A DNA stretch of 64,000 nt from Fimbriosthenelais zetlandica. Taxonomy: Eukaryota. Both the position numbers and the translations under genes were made by a program. The DNA lies in assembly GCA_977030845.1 (NCBI GenBank), contig OZ365112.1:21018001-21082000 (forward strand), in the 5' to 3' direction. The first letter of the stretch is position 1. Each line of letters begins with the position of its first letter. Below are positions 22,092 to 43,400 of the stretch, one piece after another. Under the pieces are notes generated by a model. It ran no database searches. It was given only the letters and a program-made list of their open reading frames with translations, and had not been told where the DNA came from.

Positions 22092-25000
22092 ATGGCAGCT
22101 ATGGCACCCGCTCTTACCGAAGCGGCAACTCAAGTTCGGGCTAAGTTGCCGACAGTAGGACAGACAAACGGACGATTTTCCGGCAGAGATAGTCCTTCAA
22201 CCTCTCCAGATCCAACGGATACCCTGGCCCCTTCCCGCCCCTCCCTGGGAACGCAGGGGCTGTCATCGCCTGGAGAGGCGGGCAAACCTCAGTCGCATTT
22301 GTTGACCTTGTCTACTACAAGCAAGCAGCCAGACATCTCCCCATCTTACACCATTGCCCATCTCAAGCCAGCCAGTTTCAAGGAAAACTCAAATACCATT
22401 GCTCAGTCTTTTCTTGTGAGAAGTGTGAATAAATTGACAACTCCTCCACCAGCCCTGTCATCGCCTGTAAAACACCACGGCCTTTTGACAGCTGCTGATC
22501 ATCTGACCAAGTCAGCTAAAGTCCTGGGTCATTTAAATAGGGCAAGTGACCAGCCCCCTATTACAACACATGCAAGCCGGATGAACCAACCAAAGATCAC
22601 CCTACCCAGTCCTTCTTCCTCAAGTACAACAGACAACCCTACAAATAGCCTGTCTGGCAGTATAAAAATGCCCCATACTGCAGCAGCTCCCAACCTTCAA
22701 GCCAAAAAAACTACAAATAACATGGGTTATATTTTCAAGACAAATACTTCCACGGACAATTCTCAGACAAACAGTTCTCTGCCACGTTCTGGGGAAGGGG
22801 TCAGTTCTGGTGGTAATGATATGATGATGGAGGCTACCCCACAACAGACAGAACTGGAGGCTGATGGTGTGAGTAGTTTACAAGCCGTGGAGGATGTGAC
22901 ATCAGTTACCCATATAGATGTCTCCTCTACATCCAACACTGGCATGGCTGATGTGGGTATTTTGAACAATCTTGATCGTGTGGCTGAGACATCAAAACGA
23001 CAGAGAGATCTGGAGCGTCAAGCTGACCGACTCCTACGAAGGATACGCAGAATACAAAGCAGACAGACTATAGTTCATGTTCAACAACAGTTGAGTGGTT
23101 TTGTGGATCACCAACATAAAAATTTACAAACCATTGCCAGGGCCATGAAGCCCCAGCCTTCTAGTAATGTGGACCTGAAAACAGAACTATTTCACAGTGA
23201 AGATGTGAAAAGTTTATCTACAGCAGCCCTTGTTAGTCTAGTCAGAAGATTGCAAACCTCACAACAGGCAATGACATTGCGGCAAAGGTTGGCTAATGCC
23301 AACCAGCCTCCTTGTGACAGTGGTACTAGTGTGCTGCGGTTGGACGAAGATCTTTGTACAGAAATGAACCGGGTATCCAGTACTTTGCAGAAGGATCTGA
23401 AACATCTAGAATCTGCTATGGATTCAGATGCCACTGAGAGTAGTTCAGGGGGCGAGAGCTGTGATGAGGACTTTGACTATGACGAGGAAAAGATGCCCAA
23501 AACCTACCTGTAAGTCTCCTAGTCAATTGAATCGTTAATTATAAAATGGTAATCAACCCATTTAAAACTATAGGAAAAGTGCATGGTCAGTCATTGACAA
23601 TGGATTCCCCTTCATCCCTGTACATCATTATACCGGTATTCAACTTATATAAGACTGCCCATAATAAGAGCTGTTTTGCTGTTTTATAATAATAATTATT
23701 AGTAGAATTTTAGTTGTTTCAGAAATTGAGTAGTAATATTCAATAGAATTCTTGAAAAGAAAATTTTACTTTAAATTAAGCTAAAAATAAATTTTTCATC
23801 AACAGAATTAAACTTTAACAATAAAAGAACTAATTAAAGGAACATGAATTTTGTGCACTTTTGATGTAAGAAAGCAAAATGTAAAGTATTCGTTGAACAA
23901 GACGATAAATTTAAAAGGTTTTAAAGTAGATTAGTAAATAGTTATTTAAAGGATTTCTTCCCTCTCGGGCTGTTAACTGTGTGCCCATACATAAGAAAGA
24001 TAAAAGCCTAAAAGGTTTTTAGGTCAAATTCCAGTGACTTTGATAGTGACTTATGCTATAAAGGGAGAGGAAAACATGGTTATCAGCAGCTCTGTTCTAG
24101 ATAATCTAACAGGGTGTAATATTCTGTCAGTGACAAGGTAGTACTGGTTATACACTGGTAAAGGTTCAGTATATCATATCTAAAACACCAAGTCATAGAG
24201 CAATAGGCTTAAATTATAGCTCATTATAATGGCAAGGCTCACACCAGGTCACTTCTGTCAGCACTTTTGGTGCATCCTTTGAGAACTTTTTCTCCCTGCC
24301 TTGTCATTACTAGTCTTAGACGAGTGACATTCCTAGTTAAAAGCATTTGGCTGATAATTCTCATACATATCAGTACTGTATGTATAGGTCATGGGTTCAG
24401 GTGAATAATTCTGATCCAAGTATTAGGGAAATAATATTTTCTGGGGACAAAATGACCTTAGGGCCAAGGTTTCTTCCAGGATACTGTCTAGATAACTGCC
24501 CATTCCCTTGGCCTAGTACATGTAATGAAATTTATTGAATTGACAATTTGTTTTTAGACGTCGACGAGCAGAGTGGAAGTGGGCCACCGAACGTGCTGCA
24601 GTTGCTGCCAAGTGGACGTGGCTGCAAGCACAGGTCTCAGACCTTGAGTACAGGATCAGACAGCAAAGTGACATCTACCGCCAGATCCGGGCAGCCAAGG
24701 GGGCAGTAGTGCTGGGAGAGGCCGTACCACCTGAAGACATTCTCTCCAAATTCAGGAACAACAGGGCAGGCCGGCGCTTATCTCCACTCGAAGAAAAAAT
24801 TGCCAGTCTAGAGAGAAAGAACGAAATGTCTCCATGCAACCTTTCCACCCTGTTGTCTAATGTGGACAAACAGTCGATGCGGCTGACCCAGCAATTGGGA
24901 AATGTCCTCTCACCAGCAGACAGTCCATTACTAAATAACAGCAAGCCTCAGACTGCACCATCAACTCCCCCTAAAACACCCAACACACCTAATGGTTACC

Positions 25001-28000
25001 TTAACCCTGCCAGTTCCCGTAGTGACAGTGGTACTACACCCTGTGCCAACACGAGTAGTGCTGGTCAGACTGACGCTAATGACAGTAAGAGTAAGCGATT
25101 AAGGACTGATGGACCGCTCTCATTGTCGTTTGATCCCCCTTCTCCTGCTGCAGACAATACTTGCCAGTCTGCCAGGTGTCGACCTGTGAGGAGCTATGGT
25201 AAACGTAAACTGTTATATACTAGTGGGCTGTATCAGCTCAGCCGTAAGGCGGCCAGACTGTCATCTGTACCGTGTTACTGTTACCCTCCTGCTGTACCCT
25301 GTGCCATGTGTGGTGGCAGGTACAACAACATGCAGACTGTCAATCCTGTTAGCATGCCTACTGGGGAGAGAATAGCCCTGCTAGATCCTTCCTATCATCA
25401 AGTCCTATCATTTCCACAAGGTGAGTTACTGAATTTAGGAGTTATTCTAAAGGGTTCTTCTTTCCAGCTCAATTAGAAAATTCTTTGAAAATTTTTAGCA
25501 TCTGCCACAGCCGATTCTTTTTACTGCTGGGTTTAGGTTTATAGAATTGTCTTGACATTTGTCCTAACTGTTTTATCTTATCTTCTCAGATACACCTTTA
25601 CCCATACACTTTGATAATCTACTACGATCTGGAGAGTGGCAACACAAACCCTTACCTACTAAACCTTTACGAGCCTTAGCTGGAGGAAAGGGGTGAGTAG
25701 AGCTAAGTCAATCATGTGCCTTCCTGGATTTTATCTGGCTATCTTAATGACATCTTTTTTCAAAATTATATTTTGACTTTGTCAGGTATTTCTTTTCCGA
25801 AATAATAATCTTTATCCATAATATTCTTTTCAAGGAAACAAAAGCTCTCTGCCGGTGAACGAAAGTACAAGAAACTAGCCAAGAACTCTTCAGCCATTAT
25901 CCTATCTTCTGCGAGTAAGTACCAAGTTATTTGAGTATCTTCAGTATGAGAATAGTGTGGAAATATTACCAGGGGAACATTAGGAACACACCCACGAAAA
26001 ATATTGTAAATCTGACATTCTTAAAACATGACAAGTACAGGTATCTAGACCAACTGAAATAGGGCATAAACCTAAAAAAAATGGAACAGTCAGTACAGCA
26101 AAATGTCCCGTTCCTACCCCACCCTCCCTATTTCTTAATTTTGTATCCACAAATAAAGTATTTGATTAAACGAATTTTTATCTTGAGATAACTATAAAAT
26201 ATTTTTTGTTGCAGAAATCCGAAATAAATATGACATGAAGCAAATAAGCAGAAATAATGGTTCAATGCCCAGTTCCCCCAGTAAATCGGTTACATCCCCA
26301 GCTAGAACTAGTGGATCGCGTAAACGTACCGCAGAAACGAAAGGGAAGAAAAGAAAGTCTTCATTATCCGGTTTAAAAAGTGTGCGGGGTAAGGCGATAG
26401 AAGTCACTCATTTTGCTAAAATAATTTGCAGTTTAGTTTTACATAAATCCTGGCATTCAATCTCTTATGCTAAGATCACTTTCTACATAATCATCAAATC
26501 TCATAGATTAATGATAAAAAATACTGAGTTCCTTCAAATTTAAGCTGCAGGCAAATTATTTCAATTAAGCTGAACAGTGATAAGAATTATGAATATATCC
26601 TGTTCTCTTAAATAGGGGACAAATCCCCAAAATCTAATTTACAACCATCTTGTACTTAACCTTTGAAAGGACATAAGTTTTACGGAGAAATGACACATTG
26701 GAAATGAAAATAAATATGTTCACTTGATTTTGTGATCCATATTTTGACGGAAATATATATTATTTCCAGATGGCAGTAGGAAAAAGCGTTCTTTGTCGAA
26801 CCCTGTCTCTATGGCACATTCCGTTGTGTCTCCATCTTCAACGAGTGCCTCGCCTCGGGACACACCGTCACCTTTGTCTCACTCGTGTTCCTCAGCTACA
26901 ATGAGAGACCTGAAGGAGGCCCAGAGGAGGCGTAGAGGGGAGAGTGCGTTTGACATCAATAACATTGTGATACCCTACAGCATGGCTGCTTCAACTAGAG
27001 TAGAGAAGCTGCTCTATAAAGAAATCATCACTCCAAAGTAAGTGGAGACGCCTTACAATTCATTTATCACTCCCCTAGATCAAACTGTGATTTAGTTCAG
27101 CAGTTGGACACCAGAGTGCAGCACAAAATCAGCTGATTCAGTCTAAATGATTCATTGATTTCCTATGCCTTTAGTCCTACTTGAAACAACTGGTTAAAAA
27201 TAACTTTGAATTTTCAGGTGGCGAGAAATCACGGAGGATGAAAAGAAAACTATAGCAGAGCTGGCAGCCTTGTCCCTACCTACGCCTAAAAACACACCCG
27301 AGCAACTGACAGAGCCAGAGAAAGAACCAGAGATGAGTACCAACCCGCCTGTACAAATAGTGAACGGACCAGTACAAGATATTGAAGCGCCCTCTCAGAG
27401 TACGAACGGTCCCACTGAACCCACTGAGACGACGACCCCAGAAGAGATGAGCATAGACAGCAAGTTACCAGAAGATAACGTCAGTCCGGTTAATGGTGGT
27501 AACGGACTGGTAAAAACTGCCATGGTTGACACTCCAACTGAAGAGGACGAAGATTCAGCTATTGTAAGATCATTCATTTAAATCATTAATTGAATCCAAA
27601 GTATGATGTCCATTGGCCTTGTCATAATAGGCTGTCTTTCTTGATGAATATCCGAACAAATTCGGAAAATTAAGCTTTAAGTTGTTAGTTCTCTATCCAT
27701 TCCTGTGATTAGTCCATATCGATGATTGTTGAAACATTTCTCCTTTAATAAACGATGTGATATTGTATTCCAGGAGGATTTATCTGATGAGCTGTATGCC
27801 ACACGCCACATGAGATGTGAGATCAGAGAGAAGAAGCGATACACGTCTGTCATCAAGAAGAAATCTCGTGGTGGTCGCTCAGACAGCATCGGTCTACCTG
27901 AAGATGAGTCCATTGAACTATCGTCTCAGCTTCCCTCAACCCCGCCTGGCACGCCCGCCACTCCCGTCACTCCAGCCCAGGCAGCAAGCATCCCTAACAT

Positions 28001-28505
28001 CCCAGCAGCTGCCCCTCAACTGACAGCTCTCATTGATGAAGAGTTAGAGCTGAATGGAGGGCGGAGACGATCTGGCTCCTGCTCATCCCATGAGGACTCC
28101 TCTCTAGGTCTACGTAGACGGTCCTTGTCAGGCCGGTTACGCTCCAGGGTCTACTCCAGCAATGCTCTAAGTGCAGAAGACCAGGACGAATACTCGGGTG
28201 TTGATCCCTGGATGCTGAGGACATTCCCCCTCTGTGATGAGGAATACACTAACTTGTTTCTAGAGAGTCCTTCAGGACCGTCTAGTACAATGACTGTGAC
28301 TCGTGGTTCATCAGCTACCACTCGTGGTGGCTACACCTACAACACCACCACACCTGAGAACAGTAACCCAACATCTCCTATACCTAGTAGCTCCAATAGC
28401 TCGGTCATAGATGATGATCCCAATGATCCGGAATGGACAGTGGTTGACGGGGCTGAGAAACCGGTACAACCACCAGGCCTGGTACTTAAACTAGCCAAGA
28501 GGTAG
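22092..28505 (+). CDS. KANSL1: KAT8 regulatory NSL complex subunit 1 (KANSL1/NSL1), 1327 aa
   Basis: Exons 22092-23509, 24558-25420, 25590-25692, 25835-25914, 26215-26388, 26770-27037, 27218-27563, 27774-28505 (sum 3984 nt, all GT-AG, phases consistent). N-terminus [12 protein letters not shown] matches human [12 protein letters not shown]; conserved [13 protein letters not shown]; [25 protein letters not shown] coiled coil; WDR5-binding WIN-like TCQSARCRP (about 25160-25185); PEHE domain [32 protein letters not shown]...[12 protein letters not shown]. Confidence 0.96.
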
Positions 28506-31500
28506 AGCAGAGCATGAGCTTGATGGCTTGGTACTTGTAGCTAGCGGTGGGCTGGTTGTCTCAGACTCGTCTCCTCACTGACCATGTGTTCAGAGTGAGA
28601 CGTGTGCCCCGGGTCGGAGCTCCCGTGAGAGAAGGTTGTGAGTGTCCAACTCGCCTCAGATGGTGTTCACACAGAGAGGCCTGGCTTGAGAAAAAGAAGC
28701 CAGAAATATAGCCCCTCCACCACGAGTAGGCACCCACCCGATAAAAATGATGCTAATTATGCTTACTGTCACCTAATGGTCATGATTTGTTGTCTGTTTT
28801 TATATGTGCTTATTGGAAGATCCTCACCTAACTTACTATTGGTGCTATCAGGGGAAGTTACATAGGAAAGATCATGTTGCAGAAAGTCCTGGAAAAAATG
28901 TGTTTATTTGAGCATTTCTCTATTTCTCGAAATGAAAATAACTGGTTTTTACTAAGCTGTGTCTGAGATAGGAGTTGCTCTTCCTAAATGAGTGAGTTTC
29001 GATGACAAAGCTAGCACTGATATAAGATGTAGAATCCATGTCTAAACTCATGTATCGAAGATTAAGTTAAAACATTTTTAAAAAATCACATAATTTAGGT
29101 AGTTTGTTCTCTTTTCCCCAAATTTTCTCAAAATATGATTTCAATTCTGACTGATAGATTTACTCCAAACCCGAGGGGTTGATGTAATTGATGGAAAATA
29201 ACAGATTGGAAAATAAGAAAAAAAAATTGTCTATGTTTGATTTACTTGCATTTTTGGTCATCCGGTAGCCTTGGGAATAATGTACCCATTGTTAAGATAC
29301 CGATGACATTGTAAATGTTCACTTTTGAGTGCAGCACTTGGAATTCATATAATAAGCCAAGAATGTGTACAAGTGGGATAACCACTCATAGTGTTATCAT
29401 AGTGGTATAAAGCGATGGCATCATTAAATACAGGTTAATGGGAAGGATAAGTCTGTGAGCTGTCTTTAATGGTGAAGCTCCCTTCTTCTTGCTCGTCTAT
29501 AATACTATGTCAGTTCACTTGTCTAGTTGCTACCTTCAGCAGATTTACAACGTGCTGCTTCCACCCACACCTATTTTATACCCACACCCACATACAGACA
29601 GTCACACACCTAATAGGTGTGCTTTCATTATCACCATTCCAGACCCGATGGAAATTAAAATGAACAAAAATGATGCGAGAAAGAATGGTGTTGCTATTTT
29701 GTTAACATCTTGTTAAAGAATGCTAGTGTGCGACTCCCCCTTGTCTCCTGTTGCACTTCTTGTTAGCTTTTCCTGTTTTCTTTTTGACACAGTGTCAGAG
29801 GTACAGAGAAAATGTATGTAAATTGAGAAAAAAGATTTTGGGGTCATGTACATACATAGGTAGAGAACATTTTTTGCTGTAAAGAGAGTGAGAGAAAGGT
29901 GGGGAATAGAGTTTTGTTGTATTGTTAATTCACACCTTATTATTACTTGAAAAAAAATGCCGACACAAATTAACCAGAAGAACCGAACAGTGACTTCATA
30001 TCTTACTGTCACTCGTAAGATTTTCCTTTCGCAGATCCTAGATGTGATATCATCTGAGGATAATTATGTATGGTTGGCGTAGCGGCCAATAAAACGAAAG
30101 TAGGTTCGATCTATATTTGTTCACTTAAAACGCCAAGTTGGTCGTTTTAGAGTAAATATTGTAAAAAATATAGCACTGACTGAAATGGGTAGAAGTACAA
30201 TTTGTTTGATCAGACCAAAATCTCATCATTTTAAGTTGTTTGTGACGGTAGAAGCCGGTGGGTGTATGTCGTATGTGAAAATGAGCGAAAAAAAGTTTAC
30301 ATTGAAGCTGTAAATATGGAGTTGTATATAGTGTATGTCGATTTATGCCATCCACTCGCTAAGGTAAAATACGTGGACAAATTGGGTTTGTTATGCAATA
30401 TCCAGAAAACAAATACTTAGCATAAGCGACGCCTGGCTAGTCGCTCTTCTATCATGCACTTCATACATGGTATTCCCTACATATTTTCTCATAGTTTTTT
30501 GGAAAATAGAAATTAAAGTTATTACTTGTTAATTTTTCACTTGTGATTGATCATTATAATAGATATGGACTTTTTATTCTGTTTAGAGAAGGTTAAATCA
30601 CGTGGTAAAATTTCTGGCAATGATGAATTTGTTTAAAATCATTGTAAACTGGTTCTGTCTAATAGATTTGCTTAGGAGCGTAGATGGCGCCATTTGTTGA
30701 GATATTTTGTGTAAATATACATGGAGAAATGGGAGGAAGAAGAGAGGGGACTTGAGGAGGGAGAAGCTCGTGATCAGGAATCTTCCTCTAGTCCAGTGCT
30801 CCCAACTTCTTGATTCTCCATGTTAGAACAAAAAAAATATGTAAAAAATAAGCATTACTTTTTCCTCTCTTGGATAAGAAAAAACATGTAACTGCTCTTG
30901 TGATAATCCATTGAGAAATAAAAAAAAATTGAGTTGCCTAAAAGCAAAATGTCTTTTGTTACATTCGTGGTAGGGAAAAATACCGATGTGACCATGACTA
31001 GGCCCCACCAGTGACTTAATCTCAATTTGATCACCCAACCACCTGATTCAGTATATTGCCACGTGGTGTCAGTACTGTTGGAACCACAGGTAGACTGAGC
31101 CTGAGCCCCGCGCGCAGCGCCACATAAGCGTAGTGGTAGCTCGGGGAACCAGGGTAGAACCACAGCAGGCATGGTAGTTACCACCCCGTCCACTGGCGGC
31201 GCTACTGAAGGGCAGGGTTCATTTGGTTATCACTTCACGGAATGGAGGAATGCATCATATCAAATTCAAAATTGCATTAAACCAAATGCAGATCTATTAT
31301 ATTGATTTATTCACAAAGATTACATTATATTTTCCTCCTAAACAGAACATTTAATGTGTATCCTTTATCATACAAAATTACAATCAAGAGTGAATCCATA
31401 TTCACAAGATCAAAAATACAATTTGACATAAGCAACATCCTACGTACTTTTCATCCATTGAATCTCTAGTGCTATCTAACTTTATGATAATTTACAGCGT

Positions 31501-32249
31501 TACTCGTACTTGTAGAATTAACCTCAATTACTGTAACATTTCAATCAATATTTACATTAATATACAATGCATGTAATATATGGCTGCACTGCAATCTGCA
31601 GTACAGACAAAGAATTGTCTGTATACGCGAATTCGCCTTTTTTCGTTGGGAATAGAAGTGTTGAGGAATGCTATGTTGTGCACAATGGTTGGAAAAGGAC
31701 CACATCAACACAATGTACCTTTGCAATAACATGTAAATCTATTCTCTCTCTGTATACATTTCCCTCACACCTTCATAATTATGGTTAATATGTTTTGGTG
31801 TTTTGGGAAGAAGACGATGAACAACAATTAGGCAATAGAGACAAACTGGATGAGTGTGCACACTGATTTCATTCTGTTTATAGCAATATATGATACATGA
31901 TTTCTAAATGCAAACTGATACTAATTTATACACAAATCTGAATTATTATTAATTATTTACATCTAAATATCATCAGTATAATTATATATAATGTATCTTG
32001 GAATCCCACATCATATACATTATATGTAGTTGCAAATAGCACCCAAACGCTAGATAGCCGTTGGCCATGGGCACCATTTGATATTATAGGCATTAATTAA
32101 CTATACATGTAAGCCAGTCAGACTAATCTGGCAATAACAGGAACGCCCATCTCTTGTATAGGCCTACATGTATCCTCATAAGGATAACAGCTCAATAAAT
32201 ATGTACATGGATGAATGTCATATTCCCTGGATATTGAAGGGGGAGCCAT

Positions 32250-40234
<7,985 letters not shown>

Positions 40235-40424
40235 CCTTCTATTGACGCAGCACACCTATTTGTCTCCTCCTCTATCCCTTTTCAAATTAGGAAGACAATA
40301 GAGAGAGGGTCCCCTGATGTGAGTCTATGGAATATCCAGTGTATGTGTCGTTATGGGGAGGGAATGCCCGTTTGTATAGTGTCCTTCTTCTGTAAGGGTC
40401 TCCCTCAAACTAAGAAGAGGCGCG

Positions 40425-40434
40425 CTTTTATATA
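40425..40434 (-). promoter_or_regulatory. TATA box of Nedx
   Basis: Minus-strand TATATAAAAG flanked by GC-rich GCGCG, about 190 nt upstream of ATG 40234. Confidence 0.65.
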
Positions 40435-43400
40435 AGTGATGCTTTTAGCGACTGCTGGTAAACTTTTATGGTGCACAGGCGCCACCATAAGAATCTAGGT
40501 GTTAAATGTCTTAGATAGCTTTTAAGATCTTATTTACCACGTGTGAAGTTAGCTTTCTTTTCTTCCCGGCTGTCCTGGACGGAGGTCATCCTCTTTACGA
40601 CGGCAGGAGTGAAGTGGTCCCAATTTATCCAGCGAAAGCAGAGAAAAGCTTTTGTCTGTCTTCAGTAGATATCGTTTTATAGTTGGTCCATGCTGATCTC
40701 TGGCATTAGAATCTCCTGCTTCCTACTATGTCACTGTCGAAGAGGCGCGTCCGAGAGCTGCACGAGCACTGAGTCCCAAGCCATGGGCATGGATCAATTA
40801 AAGACACTAATTCATTAATATGTTCATTTCAGACCAGAATTAATCATAATAGCATGTCCAACCACTTTTCCTGTACGACCCTGGTGCGATCCGAACCTCC
40901 CCTAGCGAATGTTCATGAAACCAAGGCTGGCGGACCAATCAGAGCCTGCCTTTCTTTTCTCCAGCAATCTGCAGCACTGCCCCTCCCCATCATCTCTGCC
41001 TCCTCTTCACCCCTCTCCCCTCCCCCTCCATCTTGCCCCCACCCCGAGTGACTCGCGCCCTCACGTTAAGTGATTTGTTGTAAACGATGCTTTATTTAAA
41101 CGGGTTGTTGAGAGCCAGCGCACGTGACTCGGTGGTGGGTTGCATAATTTATCCACAACTGTTAAGTTGTTGGCAAGTGTGTCTTGTTTTGATTTGACAG
41201 CCTGCTGTGAAGGACTGTTGAGTAAATGAACCTGGCGATTACTAGTGACTTTATCGCTCTGTGGCCTGGCGTTTGGAGTGTTCCCCACCCTGACAGGTTT
41301 ACTTCATCAATACCTCCTCGCATAGCCCACCGGCAACGCCAATAAACAGTTTGAACGATAAACAAATTAGCTAAGCACTTGTATCGAATCGATTCTTGGC
41401 GATATATTTCAGCAGAGCACGTGTTCTTTTCCCATTGTCCACAGCCGCATTAATGTTGTTCGCGGGCCGTCCAGCGAGGGCGAGCTTTGGCTAGTCATTA
41501 AATATCCCTAATGGGAAATATAATATCCGGTCGCAGCCCTGCCGGATGACATTGAAAGCATGGCCGGTCGAATCTTTGTCATATTCAACATGGATGAGCC
41601 TCTCCGAGCATGCACAACTGATTCCAGGCAAATATTGGGCCATCATTTCCTGTCCAGACACAAATGTCGTCTGTAACCTGATCCTTGGCGGCAATAGGCT
41701 GAAGTCGGATGAAGGCGCGTTATTGAGGAGGAAAGATGGAAGGAGGGGGGTAGAGAAAGATTCAATGTGTAGGTGTGAAGAAGAGCGAGACCAAAATAAA
41801 ATCAAACAGTCGTTTTAAAGTTTGACATAGAGGGCCCACTTTGCCTCATTTTTCGCGTCATGACGTCACTCCTGGTCGCAGCCAATTGTCATTCAGCACA
41901 CGCCGCGGGTCTCGGATAACCACGTGAAATGTCGCGCGCTGCGTCCCAACTCACCACCCCAGCACACGAAACAAATTAGGCGACCGCATGTCGGCGGTTT
42001 TATTGTATATAATTTAGGCGACAGAACTGCTGGAAAATGGGAAGGCCTGAGAATTGTCCGGCTGCTGCTGCTGAGACTCCCCACTTCTCCTATCATCGCG
42101 CGGCATAAATATCATTTTCTGCAGTGGAAAAGGGTGATGGGCACTCAGCCGAGGAGGAGAGGGGGAACGCATCCCTCTCTGTGTCCAAGACAATGGGATG
42201 ATTCGGAGGATGGCAGTGACGTAGAGTGGAGGCAGACGACATCAGGTACATGCTAATTGTTAAGGGGCATTAAATCGCGGCCACCAGAGCTTCTATTTGT
42301 TATGAATCTGGTGGGAATAAAACATCCGTTCAGCTATCAATTAAATATTTGGAAACGACGAATTATATCAAACAAACCGGGTGTTTGGCTGGAAAAACGG
42401 ATAATTAAGATATACACGCCCTATTCGACATCTATATCAATATCAAATAACCCGTTTAAATTTAAAAAACAATAATTGTTATAAAAGGCTTGGTTTAAAA
42501 AGGATGGGATGTTTGGGCACAACGAAATGAAAGTAATTGTAAAAAGAAGCAATTATATGTCGTATATAGATTTCTTAGGAAAAATCGTTAGCACACTATA
42601 ATGAAATTGAGTCGAAAGTAGAAAAATACCTTAGAGGCATGATTGCAGAACAAGAGTGCTCTGAGTATATCCGCAAAAACAAAAATACATGTAATATTAT
42701 TAAAGAGAAACCATATAGGTTCTTTTGCTCTTCTGCGCCATCTCTTCCCTCTCCTCAACCACGATCTATCTTGACTACCTCTAATATTTGTCCTGCCAAT
42801 TATGCTAATCTCAGCTATTAATTAACCAGTGGGGGATTAAGTGGCGAGTTTGTCTAATACTTAATGGCAGTGCTTAATGGTGTCAGGCGGAGGTCGGTGA
42901 AGGAGGAGGTATTGAAGGTACCGTGCAGGTGCTGGGTGGGTGGGTGTCAGAGGGCGGGAGGGGGCAGCGTGAGTGGGTGAGAAATGAGGAGGTTATGGCA
43001 CTCTGGCCCTATCTCGGCACAAAGGATGATAGGTATTTACGGGAATGACACAGGTGTCAAATGGGACAGTTGGAGACGAGAGATTCTCCATGAAAAACAC
43101 CCTCTTTCCCCCATTATATCTCCTCCCAGATAAGAATGCCTCACTGCCACTAAGTTCACGCTTTTGCTCGCCCATGCACTCAATCTCTCGTCTGCTAATG
43201 CAGACGGCATTTTAGCTTGAATGTGAAACAGACATTTAGGACAATAGGCCCATGCGAAGCCATCCGGCATGTAGCAGTGATAGTGACACAGTCAGAAGTC
43301 ACATTTCCTCCCAGGTTGAAGCCTTTCATCTAGTGTTGTACATGTAGTGCACCACGCGTCTGATTTCAACAGCGCCCCCACATATCTTGATACATCAATC

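Noticed and set aside
22620-28224. Minus-strand and off-frame ORFs within KANSL1 exons
   Set aside because: Shadows of the KANSL1 coding sequence.
30721-30820. Short acidic ORF MEKWEEEERGLEEGEARDQESSSSPVLPTS
   Set aside because: Only 30 aa from a purine-rich tract; no splice or promoter support.
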